Shown: positions 39,362 to 51,317 of the stretch, in pieces
Layout of the letters: each line of letters begins with the position of its first letter
Numbering within the stretch: position 1 is the stretch's first letter
From: Phoronis australis
Taxonomy: Eukaryota; Animalia; Phoronida
DNA length: 64,000 nt
NCBI GenBank assembly: GCA_002633005.1
Contig: NMRA01000580.1
Coordinates: 62,001-126,000, forward strand
Direction of reading: 5' to 3'
Notes under the pieces: model-generated
Database searches by the model: none
What the model was told of the DNA's origin: nothing
Seen by the model: only the letters and a program-made list of their open reading frames with translations
Made by a program: the position numbers and the translations under genes

Positions 39362-41470
39362 GTACGTAGGATGCAGATATGACGCGAGGGTTCGACAGTT
39401 TGCCAAAAAGCAATATTTGTTTTACGACATGAACTAAGTTAGAGAACATTTGAATATGATCTTTAATGAATAGAACAGATAATTACGTTTGAAAAAAGGT
39501 TACATTTGCAAGAGTGCAAGAGTTTTTGTTATTTTGGCATTTAATACAAGCACATGACCTCAAATTCCACAATTGCGTCATACAAAATAATAGACAATTG
39601 CAAGCAGACAGTGCAGTACATGTGACTTAACTAAAAACACCCATTTTGAACTTGAAGAAACATTTTGTCTTAGATGGTTCACGTCAAATTAATAGTATGT
39701 TTATAGATGGACCAGGCAGAGGGTGACAAAAGCCATGTCACAGATTTCCTCTATACTATCTGTGTGTGTGATGAGCCTGGGCCCACCGTCTCCAGACTAA
39801 ATTAATTTTTTTCAAAACACCCCCTTTTGGTTTCCATGGATACCATTTGTTTCTGGCCAGTTGTGAACCTAGCGGCAGTTGAGTTTTAGCAAAATTTAAA
39901 GAGTTAGCTTGAGCAGTGGAAATTACGTTGAAATATTGAACTTGTGTTACCGAGCAGTGTGTCCTTGGCCGACCTGACCCCTTAAAAATCCTGGATCCGC
40001 CCCTGCTACGTTTGATCTTGTGTCGGCGTAAAACTGCCAATAGTCCATTTTCGCTCTAAATCTGCGTCGCAAATGCACACCGCGGCATCATTCAGTTGCA
40101 CCTATATCATGCAAGTCTGATATATTTAAAATTTAAACATGGTCTGACAAAGTCTAAAGTTAAACCTGGTTTAAGATCTTAATACTGATCTAAAGAATAT
40201 AAACCTCGTTGGTGAAATGAAAACTGAATTAGACCAGGTCTAAACTGGAGTTAAACCAGGTTTTACCTGACCACTGGTCTAAAAGTTTCACAACCTTTGT
40301 GAAATGCAGATTATCTTTAAACCTGGTCTAAGTCCAGTTAAAACCAGGTTTAACTTTAAACCAACTTTATGAAATCGGCTGTAAGTGTACTGAATGGCCC
40401 TTGGCTATCCTAGACTCCAACGACGGCCACTTGACCGGTTTATCATTCGACTTAGCAACTCAAGACTATTCATTAGTTTTCACAGTTATGCAGGCCTACT
40501 GAATTTCACCACTGGGCACAATAAAAAGCTTTGTCTCTATACTGTTCAAAAACAAGTAACACTGCTGGTTGACATATGTTGTTACATTTTTATAATACGT
40601 GCATGTTCAGATAGTTTGTGAATTTCCGGAAAAGAGAACCAGTTACTTCCACAGCATGATATTAGCTACGGGGGGGGGGGGGGGCCCCNTCCAGACATAT
40701 GGATGTTAAGCTGGGAAACAATAGAGTGGCTAGCCTCGATCATTGAGAATTTGTCCGAAGTTGTGGCACATGTCGCCCCCCAATTTCGGCATCTGCCCAC
40801 CAATGGGCGGGCGAGCGGGCTGCTGGATAATACCCTGACCCTATTCCTCAGAACTTCCCAACCACAACAGAAAAAACTCATTTAATGCAGTGGAGGCAGT
40901 CGGTAGTATATGCAAAACTGTTAACATTTTCCACACACGAGGCTTGCTCTCCATGCTGCCATCTTGTCTCTGAGCTATATTGCCGCAAGCTGATGTGATT
41001 TGTGAAAAGATGCAAACAGTTAGCATAGTGACCTAGTTTGTACTTCAATGCCATTGGTTCATTTAGAAACGGGACCTACCCATGAGATCTTAATATGGCG
41101 GAACCGAAAACAGACGTCGAAGTCTCTAATTTTGAGGTGGTCCTTTTTATCGACAATTTAAGTTTCTCGAGTTTTGGGTTGCTAATGCTAGTGGAGGAAA
41201 CTTGAACAGTAATGCAGGTATCCTTTTTAACTACTGTGAAGGTCGCACATTCCACATTTCATCAAATTGCTTTGACAACCACCGTTAGCAAAAACTGCAA
41301 GCAAAGCCACCACATGTGAAATGCAGTGATTGGGTGTGCCAGGTGCTTAGCAAAGATACACTTGCATGTTCTCTTAGTTTGTACATTGTTACATACATCA
41401 ATGCCATGTATAGTGACCGGTAGGCCCGTATCACTAAAGACCTTCTATCTGTCATTTAATCCATTTCAAG

Positions 41471-41731
41471 TGTTGTCCATGGTTTCAAACGTCGTGGTGA
41501 AGGAACAGAGTGAATACTCCATCAATACTTCGTGGGTCGCTGCTGAAGGCAACTTCAAAGAATATGTTGTGTCATGTAAGAGACGATTGGAGTTGCACGA
41601 GCTGGTCGTTCGTAATGGGACGTCAGCTGTATGCGACGGACTTGTGCCACCGCTAAGTTTGTACCAAGTTTGGGTAATAACCCGGCGATACGGGTGGAGC
41701 AACGTCACCAGCAACATTCATGATGTATTAG
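41471..41731 (+). CDS. Gene B exon: FN3 domain 3
   Basis: ttcaag|TG...G|gtacgg, 261 nt, phase 1-1; SINTSWVAAEGNFKEYVVSC..CDGLVPPLSLYQVWV. Confidence 0.85.
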
Positions 41732-42039
41732 GTACGGAGACTAGAAGCCGTTCTCACTTCATAAATAGCAGTATTCATGATCGGTCGAATCAGAACATTG
41801 TCACCAACCCTCACGAGAGGCTTACCAAGCAACCGCTGTCTATAATGAGATGCTTAGGGGTCAACCAGGATTGTTGGTGACTTTTATAAGCAATCCGACA
41901 AAGTTAACGCGCCATGGCTTGCAAACTGCCATATTGGTAAGATGTAACCTGTCTGCGAGCGTTGCCACTTTTTATTGTCGGAAAACATTGCCAGGTACAT
42001 CACTAGCACAAAAAAGATAATGTTTTTAACGGTTTTAAA

Positions 42040-42605
42040 AACGAAAAATTTCACCCGTAATTCAAGTGGGTCAATCAATAACTGGTCGCCGGGACTTCAA
42101 AACCACTTGCCCGAACTTCAGAACCACTAGGCTGGACTGCAAAACTAAATCACCGGGTATCAAACTTGTTGTCCGGACGTGATTGCCTCACCCCAAAAAA
42201 TAGTTGGCTGGACCCCAAACACGATGGACGTTGCTATTATAACCAGTTGGCAAGTGATCAAACACGACGGTCGGACTTTTTCAGAGACTCGCATTGAATA
42301 TCTCGAAGGATTCAAGTGACATCTAGTGCTTATTTTTCAAACCACTTTGTCTTGTTCAAAGTCGGCGATTTGTTCGACCATTGTGTTTGAGCACCGGCCA
42401 ACCCGTTTTAGGTACAGCCAATCAAAATTTTGGATGCTGCCATCTGCTTTTGAGGTACCGGTAAACATGTTTTGAGGTCCGACCACCAAGTTACAACATC
42501 TGCAATTGGGTTTTGCAATAAAGCCAGATGGTTTTGAAGTCCGGGCAAGTGGTTCTGAAGTCCGACCAGTTGTTGACCCTCCCCCTTGTAATTGGTAGTT
42601 TTTAT
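42040..42605. mobile_element. MITE-like element with inverted subterminal tandem repeats
   Basis: ggacttcaaaaccacttgcccg units on the left are mirrored by cgggcaagtggttctgaagtcc on the right. Confidence 0.65.
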
Positions 42606-44167
42606 TGCTGACTAATTCAGCGTGACCTCACTATTCAAGTAGATCAATCTTGTATCTTAATATGCTCCCGCAGATTCAGACGGCGCACTGTGTCATTTAT
42701 AAAGTAACAAAGGAAAACTATTTATGATCAGCATTTCCCATGTAAATAAAAGTTGTGGCGGCTCGCCACGCTTCTTTTTTGGCGCCGCAATTTGTACTTT
42801 CTCCCAAATTGACCGCCACCCACCTCAGAATCCTGAGGGGAAAACTTCACCGCTACGCAAAAATCTCTAGTTGAAATGAGCACCCATTATACACATCTTA
42901 CAAAGCTACTGTCGATATTTGTGGACTAAACGTGAAAAACAAGTATTTAAGATCGGATTCTGAACCTCCGCTTGTTAAACATAATAATATTATCACGGTT
43001 ACTCTTCTTCCTCACGTTGCTTAATGACCGGGGCAACATACAGTACTCACCTGATAATGAGCAAGAATATGATAAATCATTTCAACGGAAGTTTCATTGT
43101 ACAGGTTAGTTAATCGAGTCTAAACAGTTCAAATATTTTTCGTTCCATGCACGTACCTGGAGCCGGAGAGTTCAATTTTAACTAGTAGCCTGAAGCCCTG
43201 TCCTGGCGTGCCCGATTCCTGCCCCAATTAAATTGGCAATTCAAATACGTTAAATTGATATAAAAGTCTACACTATAATGGCGCTCGTTCACCTGATTGA
43301 AAAAGCGTCTGTGTCTCATTCTGAGAGGATAACTTTTTGAGTGAGGGAAAAAATTTTCCCACAGTCTACATCAATAGCACCCCACCTTTTTCGCTAGCCC
43401 GCATAGGCTCTGTCTCAAGTAGCCTGTGTGAATTAAAAGAAAGTCGAATATTGAGGGGAATTTTTTTATCACTTGGGGGAATTTTTGAGCCTCACGAGGG
43501 GAAATTTTCGCGCTATAGTAAAATATTATTCAGAGGGGAATGGAGCCGATATTAAGCTCCAAAATTGAGGGTTTGAGGGCCCTAGACCGAGATCACACAG
43601 TGATTCTTTATTCGCTCCGTATCCGCTGCCACCATTCACCATCACCTAGGCAATGGGGGGATCCCATTTCCCATACTCACGTGACGGGATTTGTATCCCA
43701 CTGGACCATTTACCACCACACTCCTTTCCAAACCTAGAGGAAACACTGAATGATGTTCGTGTATTTTACAAATACGTTTCTTCAACTTTGTTTATTGCGC
43801 AATAAATGCATGGGCAAGTCTTACTAGGAAATAATTATTTGGTTCATGGCTGACTACTATATGGTAATTACCGACAGAAAAGCTAAACGTACGCTCAGGC
43901 GCGTTTTTGGCTATGAAGTAAACACGTTTAACCAAAATCATCGCCAATCTATACCTTAAATGACGAAATATAAAAGAACCTCAAAAGATTGAGCAGAAGC
44001 AAAACTTGATAACGGAAGCCACAAACATACCGGCCGGCTTCTTCTGTACATACATGTAGTGTTTTTCGAAACGACGCGTCAATAGACATTGTGCTGTTTG
44101 AAACAGTTGTCAAGTGGTCGAATATACTACAAGGTTCCAAAACTTACCTGTTACTTGTTAATTTCAG

Positions 44168-44227
44168 GTAACGAGTTCGCCTTCAATGAAACCTATGACG
44201 CGAGGAAACAAAGAACTAAGTTTAAAG
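44168..44227 (+). CDS. Gene B 60-nt juxtamembrane microexon
   Basis: tttcag|GT...G|gtaggt, phase 1-1; GNEFAFNETYDARKQRTKFK. Confidence 0.65.
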
Positions 44228-44399
44228 GTAGGTCTTCTAATTCGCTTGACCCCCAATGTATTACTGATACTTAAATCAGTTTTTGGCCGCAATAAGATTA
44301 AAAACCGGACGATCGCCACGCAAATAAAAAAGTTCATGTTCAATTCAACGTTTTGTCTTTTCATTAGACACCATCAGGATCATAATTGCAACAATTTAG

Positions 44400-44426
44400 G
44401 ACAACAAGTGCCAACGTACAGCTCAG
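44400..44426 (+). CDS. Gene B candidate 27-nt microexon
   Basis: atttag|GA...G|gtaaca, phase 1-1; GQQVPTYSS. Confidence 0.35.
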
Positions 44427-45504
44427 GTAACATCCATAGAGGGAAGTGATGGATACATAGATTATAGTCAGTAGCTGGTCATTACCACAGTTGCAGGGTC
44501 ACTGAGCTCTGCATGTTATTCAGAGAATCAGTGGCATGCTGGTTCTGAATGGCCAATAACTCTTTAAATGTACAGTAACTCCTTATTAGGTTCTCTGCAG
44601 ATAATACTAACAGAGTTGGCTTGGTGATTGTAGCTAATACAATGCCTATATAATTATGTTACTTTGCTCTGAGGTGTGATGTTCTTTCCACCTGTCACAG
44701 AGGCGTCTCTGTGTGAGTCCTATATAGAATTCCTTACAGTTGTCACATTCAACCTTATACACAACATTGCTCTTGTTCAATAAAGGGATGGGTGACTTCA
44801 GTTTACACAGCATATTGGAAAGTTTCCGAAAGGGTTTGAAAACAACTATCAGGTCAAACTGCTGGGTCTATGCAATTGATATGGAGAGATAATTGACGTT
44901 TCAATTTTATACTACTTGGCCCGGTGTAACCAAGAGAAAAGAAAACTTAATTTTTCTCGGGTCCAATAAAAGCTACCTTATCTGCCTCATTCATTTTTGA
45001 AAGAAAGTGCCTTTTACAGCTATTCAGAAAATTGAGGGTAACCATTGGCACGTAATAACTGGAAAATCATAGCTACGTCACTATCAAAATTTAAATTGGT
45101 GGAGCAGATTTTCCAGACACGGTCAACAAGCAATTGACTATACCTCTCTTGTAGTGGATAGGCCCAAAACTATCAAATCTAAGATAAAGCCCAGAAAAAC
45201 TGCGGCGATCATCCGGTTTTTAATATTACTGATACTTCAATGTATTAACAGTACATGCACAACAATCACATCTCTGCAGGCTTTGTATGCAGATAGGGTG
45301 CACGACTTCAACATCGTCAGTTTACGTAACGAATAAGGAACACGTCTCCAACATCACAACTCTGTTCTCGAGTTCTGTATCCAAACACGGCCAATAAGTC
45401 TCATACAAAGTTCAGAATTCACGAAAAATCGGGCGTACAAAGCGCACTTTGTCAGCTTGAGTTGATGTCCGTGTATCCTGTTAAAGAGTGAGTTTATATG
45501 AACG

Positions 45505-45652
45505 CATTTACATATACATTTACATATACATTTACATATACATTTACATATACATTTACATATACATTTACATATACATTTACATATACATTTACATATA
45601 CATTTACATATACATTTACATATACATTTACATATACATTTACATATACATA
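45505..45652. repeat. Perfect 12-bp tandem repeat (TACATTTACATA)n
   Basis: Direct inspection; explains the CKCI/YIYI/TFTY ORFs. Confidence 0.95.
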
Positions 45653-45969
45653 CCAGCGCTTTTCCAGTCATCTGTTGTCACGACCGTCCATAGACGCCGT
45701 TTCTTGTCTGTTGTCATGACCGTCTGTAGACGACATTGATGGTCAGTTGCTATGACTACGGATTTACGGCGTTACCGTTAGTGAGTTGTCATAATTGCCT
45801 AAAGATGCTCGTCTTTCAGCCACACAACTTCCAAATGAATTGATTATTTACTTTGGGTGTATGCGTATAGTCAATTACAGATAATTTCGAACTTGATATT
45901 TTTTTATTCTATGATGGCCACACGCCGTTTAACCCGAAACGTGGCTTTCAAAAGTGAACACTTTTAAAA

Positions 45970-47750
45970 CGAGTGTCTTGATAACGCAGATCAAGAAACC
46001 GCGGACATAAAAAGCGAAAACTCTAGAAAACGCAGAACTAAAAATCGCTGACTCTTATAAACGCTAGAAACCAAAGTCCCTAGAAAAAACAACCCCAGAA
46101 AACGCAGACCTAGAAACAGCTGTCCATAGAAATCGCTGATTATAGAAAACGCAGTCCCAGAAACCACAGTCCTTAGAAAACGCAACCCCAAGTAACCGCA
46201 GACTCTAGAAAAAGCAGACCCATGAACCAGAGTCCATAATCCCCAGATCCTAGTAAACGCAAATATGTAAATCACAGTCATTAGAAAACAAACGCAGACT
46301 TTGAAACCACAGACGCTAGAAATGCATTTCGTATTGGAAATTTTGTCAATGATAGAATGAACTGTATGGTAACAACAATTAAACATTCGTCTCAGTACAC
46401 AAGTAGGCCTACGTTATCACGTAGACCATTACATTATACACTGTACCAGCTGGAACCCGTGCTACATGTAGTGCTTTCGCTGTGTTTACGCTAGACACGG
46501 GAAGTTGCTATGGTGATACATGTTTAAGTTAGGGAACAAAAATATCACGTAAAGGCTCTGCTGTTATCATTTCTGTTTAGGCATTATTTGTTAGTGTCGT
46601 CAATTTGTGTTTTTAAATATCGCGTTTCATTTTTCTTTGAACGTCCATTTTTATAGTTATTTCACAGTACACAAATGTGATGGTGATAATCCACGAAGTA
46701 CATACACGCAACGTGTACCTCAAATGCTTATGTACAGATAAATTATCTTGGTACTATTCCCATCATAGTAGAGCTTGGAGTGGGTTAGCTCTGCGAACAG
46801 ATTGTGGCAAAGAGAGTCCGCAGTGGCCTTGACTTCCGGATTACAGCAGCTTCTGTGCGACACGTCTCACACTGTCATTGTCTTCCAGCAAAATGGAGTC
46901 TAATACACGTCTATTTTAACCTATCCAGTACTTGATCATGTTCTGTTGTAGCAGATCTTCAAATGATGTTCTACCGGGTCAGTACGTGGAAGAGTACTGT
47001 TCGTGGGCTGAAAAGTTCGAGATTTTTAATCAGTTATTTACAAAGAGGTATTTTCAATCTTGTTTTTTGTTGTAAACGGTACCTGTAAATGAGAAAAAAC
47101 AACGTAAGATGATTAAGTGCAACTGGCAGCCATTTTAATATATCAGTGTTCACCGCGACTAGTTTTAACCTGTCGCTTTGTGTTTGCCCATAACGAAAAA
47201 TGGCTGCCAAGTCTAGTCCAGTTACATGTATGATGGTCTTTACTCTTTCCAATAAGTTTGGATTTTCAGTTGACTGGAGAACACTGACTGTAGCATGTCA
47301 CATGAAGGCGCAGTGAAAAATTGTGTGTAAAATGTCATTGACAATACAAAGTTAGAGAGTTGCGTGATATCGGCAATGGATTGTGGGACATCGATAGTGC
47401 AAGCAGAATGAAACCAACCATTGCAACCAGAGAGCAAACATCAAGATTTTCTGTCAACAGGTGGTGAGGAAAATATATATCCCTCAATTCTATTACCACA
47501 AGATCCATGACGGAGACCTTCGTGTCGGGTAAAAATAAACGTCCATCTCGGACTAAGCTCTTCCAAAAATGTCAATTTAACTTAATCTAAAATTAACAGT
47601 GCAATATAACTTCATTCCACATGATTTGAAAAATAGCGTAGACCTCAGAAATCGCGTAAAATGACTGTGTCAGCATTTCTATGGTCTGCGGTTTCTAGGT
47701 TTGCCTCTCCTAAGTTCTGTAGTTTCTAGGTGTGCATTTTATAGGGCCTT
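45970..47750. mobile_element. Putative DNA-transposon remnant with inverted subterminal repeats and a PHD-like fragment
   Basis: ctagaaaacgcagac repeats at 46000-46320 are mirrored by ggtctgcggtttctag at 47680-47730; minus-strand GCNGWFHSAC resembles a PHD finger half. Confidence 0.5.
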
Positions 47751-49107
47751 CGATGAGTGCGAAGTCTTCGGCTTATGGATCAAACCTTTTTTGAGACAGC
47801 CAGAATAGGCTGAAGTTTTTGTTTCGACAGCTGACTTGTTAGACTTTGACAGACAATCGCTGACAGGCTAGTGTACTAATGAAACTCGGAAATAGAATGT
47901 GCAGACATTCCCACAGTGATCTTTATGAACATCAAAATAGTTTAAAGGATATTTTTTTGCTGATTTACAAGAGTTTGGGCACTATTTCTTTACTTTCTGT
48001 TATGTTTAATGATTTGAGCGTGCATAGTTCCATGGATTGAAAATGAGATCAGTATGACCCTTGACCTTGGTATCAAAGTCTCAGCAGAATGTAGTTAGTA
48101 CTCATCTCATGACTATTAAGATATCGAAATGTTATATTCCTGAATTCTAATTTCGTGTAAAATTGCACCGAATAATAAAACTGTCCTTACGTTGTTCTTA
48201 AGCTCCCGAGGACGGCGAGAATGGAGATGGTAAGACTAACTGCTATTTTGCAACGTCTGTTCATGTAAATTGTTATCATGATTTTTACAACGCTAGTGTA
48301 ACCTGTGAACATTTGAAAAGGATCATGTATAGGAGAGTGAGATTCTAGTCTAAGCTTGAGTAACAAAACACCTTGTTGAATAGGATGAGGGATAACATAA
48401 TTCATGTACAGTGTACATTTACTAATGTAATCCCCATTGTTGTGTCTGAACAAGATTTTTTAGTAGTTTCCCGAAATGTTGAACATTTCTTATATATAAC
48501 CCAAACGGCCATAGACTTTCCGTACGTGGTAGGCCGACTATGCCCGGCTGCATGAAACAATACCAACTGGGGTCTCAGCAATGTCCCTTGACGTTTTAGC
48601 GCATTTGTGGAGTTGTGAAAACTCTGATTCTCTTTTCTTAGACTGTTTTGTTTTCATTACCAAGACTGGATTTAGCTTTGATACACTCTGAGAGCGAACT
48701 TACGTATACATTGAATTCTCGATATCAGTGAAAATCAATAGCCAGGACTTTTTCAGTCAACCCCTAATTTAAGGACTGAGTCCCTACTTATTTTCATTAA
48801 AATAAAAGCTCGGTTTTATTAGAAAATGGCATTGAGTCGAAGAGGGGCCCGTGATAAAGATAAAATCATAGAAACACATAACTCGGGCGAGTAAACAAAG
48901 ACACAAATACGTTGAAGATTCAGTCGGGACTGTTTCATGCAACGATAGCCACTGCGATACATACACAGTACATACTCATGCAACTTTTGGATTTTGGAAT
49001 TGATTTACGTGTATGTCACAGTGGTGGGAAAGTAAGAAACATATTTCTCTTTTTAATGTTTATTTGTGACAACTTTACATTGCAAAATGTACCTATACTC
49101 GCTACAG

Positions 49108-51317
49108 ATACGAGCAAAAGACACAGGCGCAGTGTATTTGTTTGGTTAACGCCCTTAATCATAACGTTGGCAGTATTGGTCATCTTGATTGTTTGTCTGA
49201 TCGCGCGACGCAAAGTCGGGAAACTTAGGAAGACGCCATCTATGACACAACTTTCACAGCTGCCGGAGACTACCGATAATACGGAAGGGCTTAAACTTCA
49301 AAACGAGGCGTTGCAGAAGTCGTTCGAAAGTGCCGTTGCCCAAGGCAACCACCAATCACTGAAGACAATGCTTGGAGCGTATAAAATATTCTGCAAAACT
49401 AACGTCCATTTACCCGATGATGTTAAACAAGATTGTGATAACAGTATGTCCGTATTAGAAAAAATGCTCAGAGAACAGTTGGAGCAAATCTGTGCGAAGG
49501 AGAAAGACAAACTACTGGACGCTATTTCAACAAAAGATGGATACACTATTATTTCTGCTTTATACGATTACGAATGTTTCATGGCGACCTGCAGCAAATA
49601 TATTGAAGCTGATAGAGAGCTGATTGAGACATCACTGAAGGCAATAAAAGAGTGGGGATCTGAGGCCAAGAGGCAGGCAATGTTGGACGAAGTTGGAACA
49701 TTGGAAAGAAGGCTATCAGAGACATTGCATTCAAATCATTTGGTCTTGGCAAGAAGTCAGTTGTTGGTTTTTGAAAGCATTATTATGGAGAATAAGTTAG
49801 ATGTCAACGACTATGAAATAATTGGCAGAGCCACGGATACTCTGAAAAAAAGAGAATCGGAAATCGAAACCTCGCAATTGCAAGAAATGATATTTCATGA
49901 CCATGTGGTTCTCCTTTCTCAGCTTCATTTAGCAATAGATTCAAAAACCTTGGCAAACCTAAGCGTACTTCTGAAGGAGTACACGAGCTTCTGCGAAGCA
50001 AACCGGTCTTTTATCACACCAGACGATAAAGTGATTGAAGCTGCAAACAAAGTTATTGAGTTCTATGACCAAACAAACTTATCCTTAAAACAAAACATAT
50101 CGGAGGCTGTTGATGCCAAACGTTATGATGAGCTTTCGTCCTTAATTAAACAGTATCGAGATTTTTGTGAAAACCTTTCACCTATCTTTACTGTGGACAC
50201 GTCAATTATTATAAACGCTCAGAGAGCGATAGGTGAACACGAAAAGCATATAAATGACACACACGAACAATTGAAGGTGCTGGGAAAACAACTCGAACTA
50301 GCAATTGAGACTGGGTTAAAGTTAAACATTGAACAAGCTCTTATGTTGTACACTGAGTTTGTCCATGAACACGCTGATCTGCTAGAAGTGGACCCGGAAC
50401 TTGTGTCAGCAGCACACCACGTTATGCAACGTATTCAGGAACAGGAAGGAATACGGACTGAATTCAATTACATCACAGCTTCTTTGAATAGTGCCTGTGA
50501 ATCGGAGTGTGAATATCGCATTAAGGAGATATTGGATTTCTATAAGGTGTTTGCTGAAAAGCACCGCGATACGGTAGTTATCGACGATTCGGTTTTACGG
50601 AAGGCAGAGGAGGCTATGGAACTATGTAGGATGGTGGAAAAGATTCGTGACGCCGTTGGAAATAGAGACCGTAAAGCTTTACTGGAGATAATACAATTAG
50701 CAGAGGCGGATACAAAGCGGAAGAAAAAGCTCTCAATAGAAATCGGTAAGGCAAAATGCTTGCAAGATCATCTGGACAACGTTGACCAATTGACACATGG
50801 CATTTTGAATTTAAACCGAATGACAATGTTGGAAATTCGTGACTATAGTCATCCTCCACCCGTAGTTCACAAAGTTATGATGGCGGTAATGCTGATCTTG
50901 GGTGACCCGGAATGCATCACAAAGGACTGGAACACATGTCAAAAATTGTGTGTAGCCATACGCTCTCCAACCTATCCCGGACTGTTTTACAGAATAAAGG
51001 GATACGAGTTGAAGCTCTTGAGACCTGAGATTGCTGTTCGAGCGAAGAATCTCCTTGAAGGACTGACTGAAAGTATAGTACGGGACATCAGTAAAGGTGC
51101 GCTCGCGTTTTACAAATGGGTGAACGGAATATGCGATCAGTGCTTGCTCTTTGTCGATACTTGGCCTCAAGAGGCAACTGGAGAGAGGCAGATTTGTATG
51201 TTACGAAACATGTCCGAACGAATGTCCACGGACCTGAATGAAAAATTTCAAATAATGGAAGAAATGGTAAAGAGATGGTCCAGTGCACGTTCGTCACACA
51301 ACAATTCAGATGCCTAA
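49108..51317 (+). CDS. Gene B terminal exon: furin-like site, TM helix, about 8 helical repeats, dynein MTBD-like C-terminal domain
   Basis: ctacag|AT phase 1, open 2.2 kb to TAA. RHRR|S, then TM VFVWLTPLIITLAVLVILIVCLIA followed by RRKVGK. LNRMTMLEIRDYSHPPPVVHKVMMAVMLILG..DW..VRDISKGALAFYKWV near the end; AATAAA at 51410. Confidence 0.9.

Noticed and set aside
45354-45739. CKCI / YIYI / TFTY repeat ORFs
   Set aside because: Artefacts of a 12-bp tandem repeat.
48912-49107. N-terminal 65 aa of the 801-aa ORF as real coding sequence
   Set aside because: The ORF starts at TTG, and a phase-1 acceptor at 49107 matches the upstream exons; this part is most likely intron read-through.
48912-51317. 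A true dynein heavy chain gene
   Set aside because: No Walker motifs, AAA modules or long stalk coiled-coil; only the MTBD-like segment is similar.
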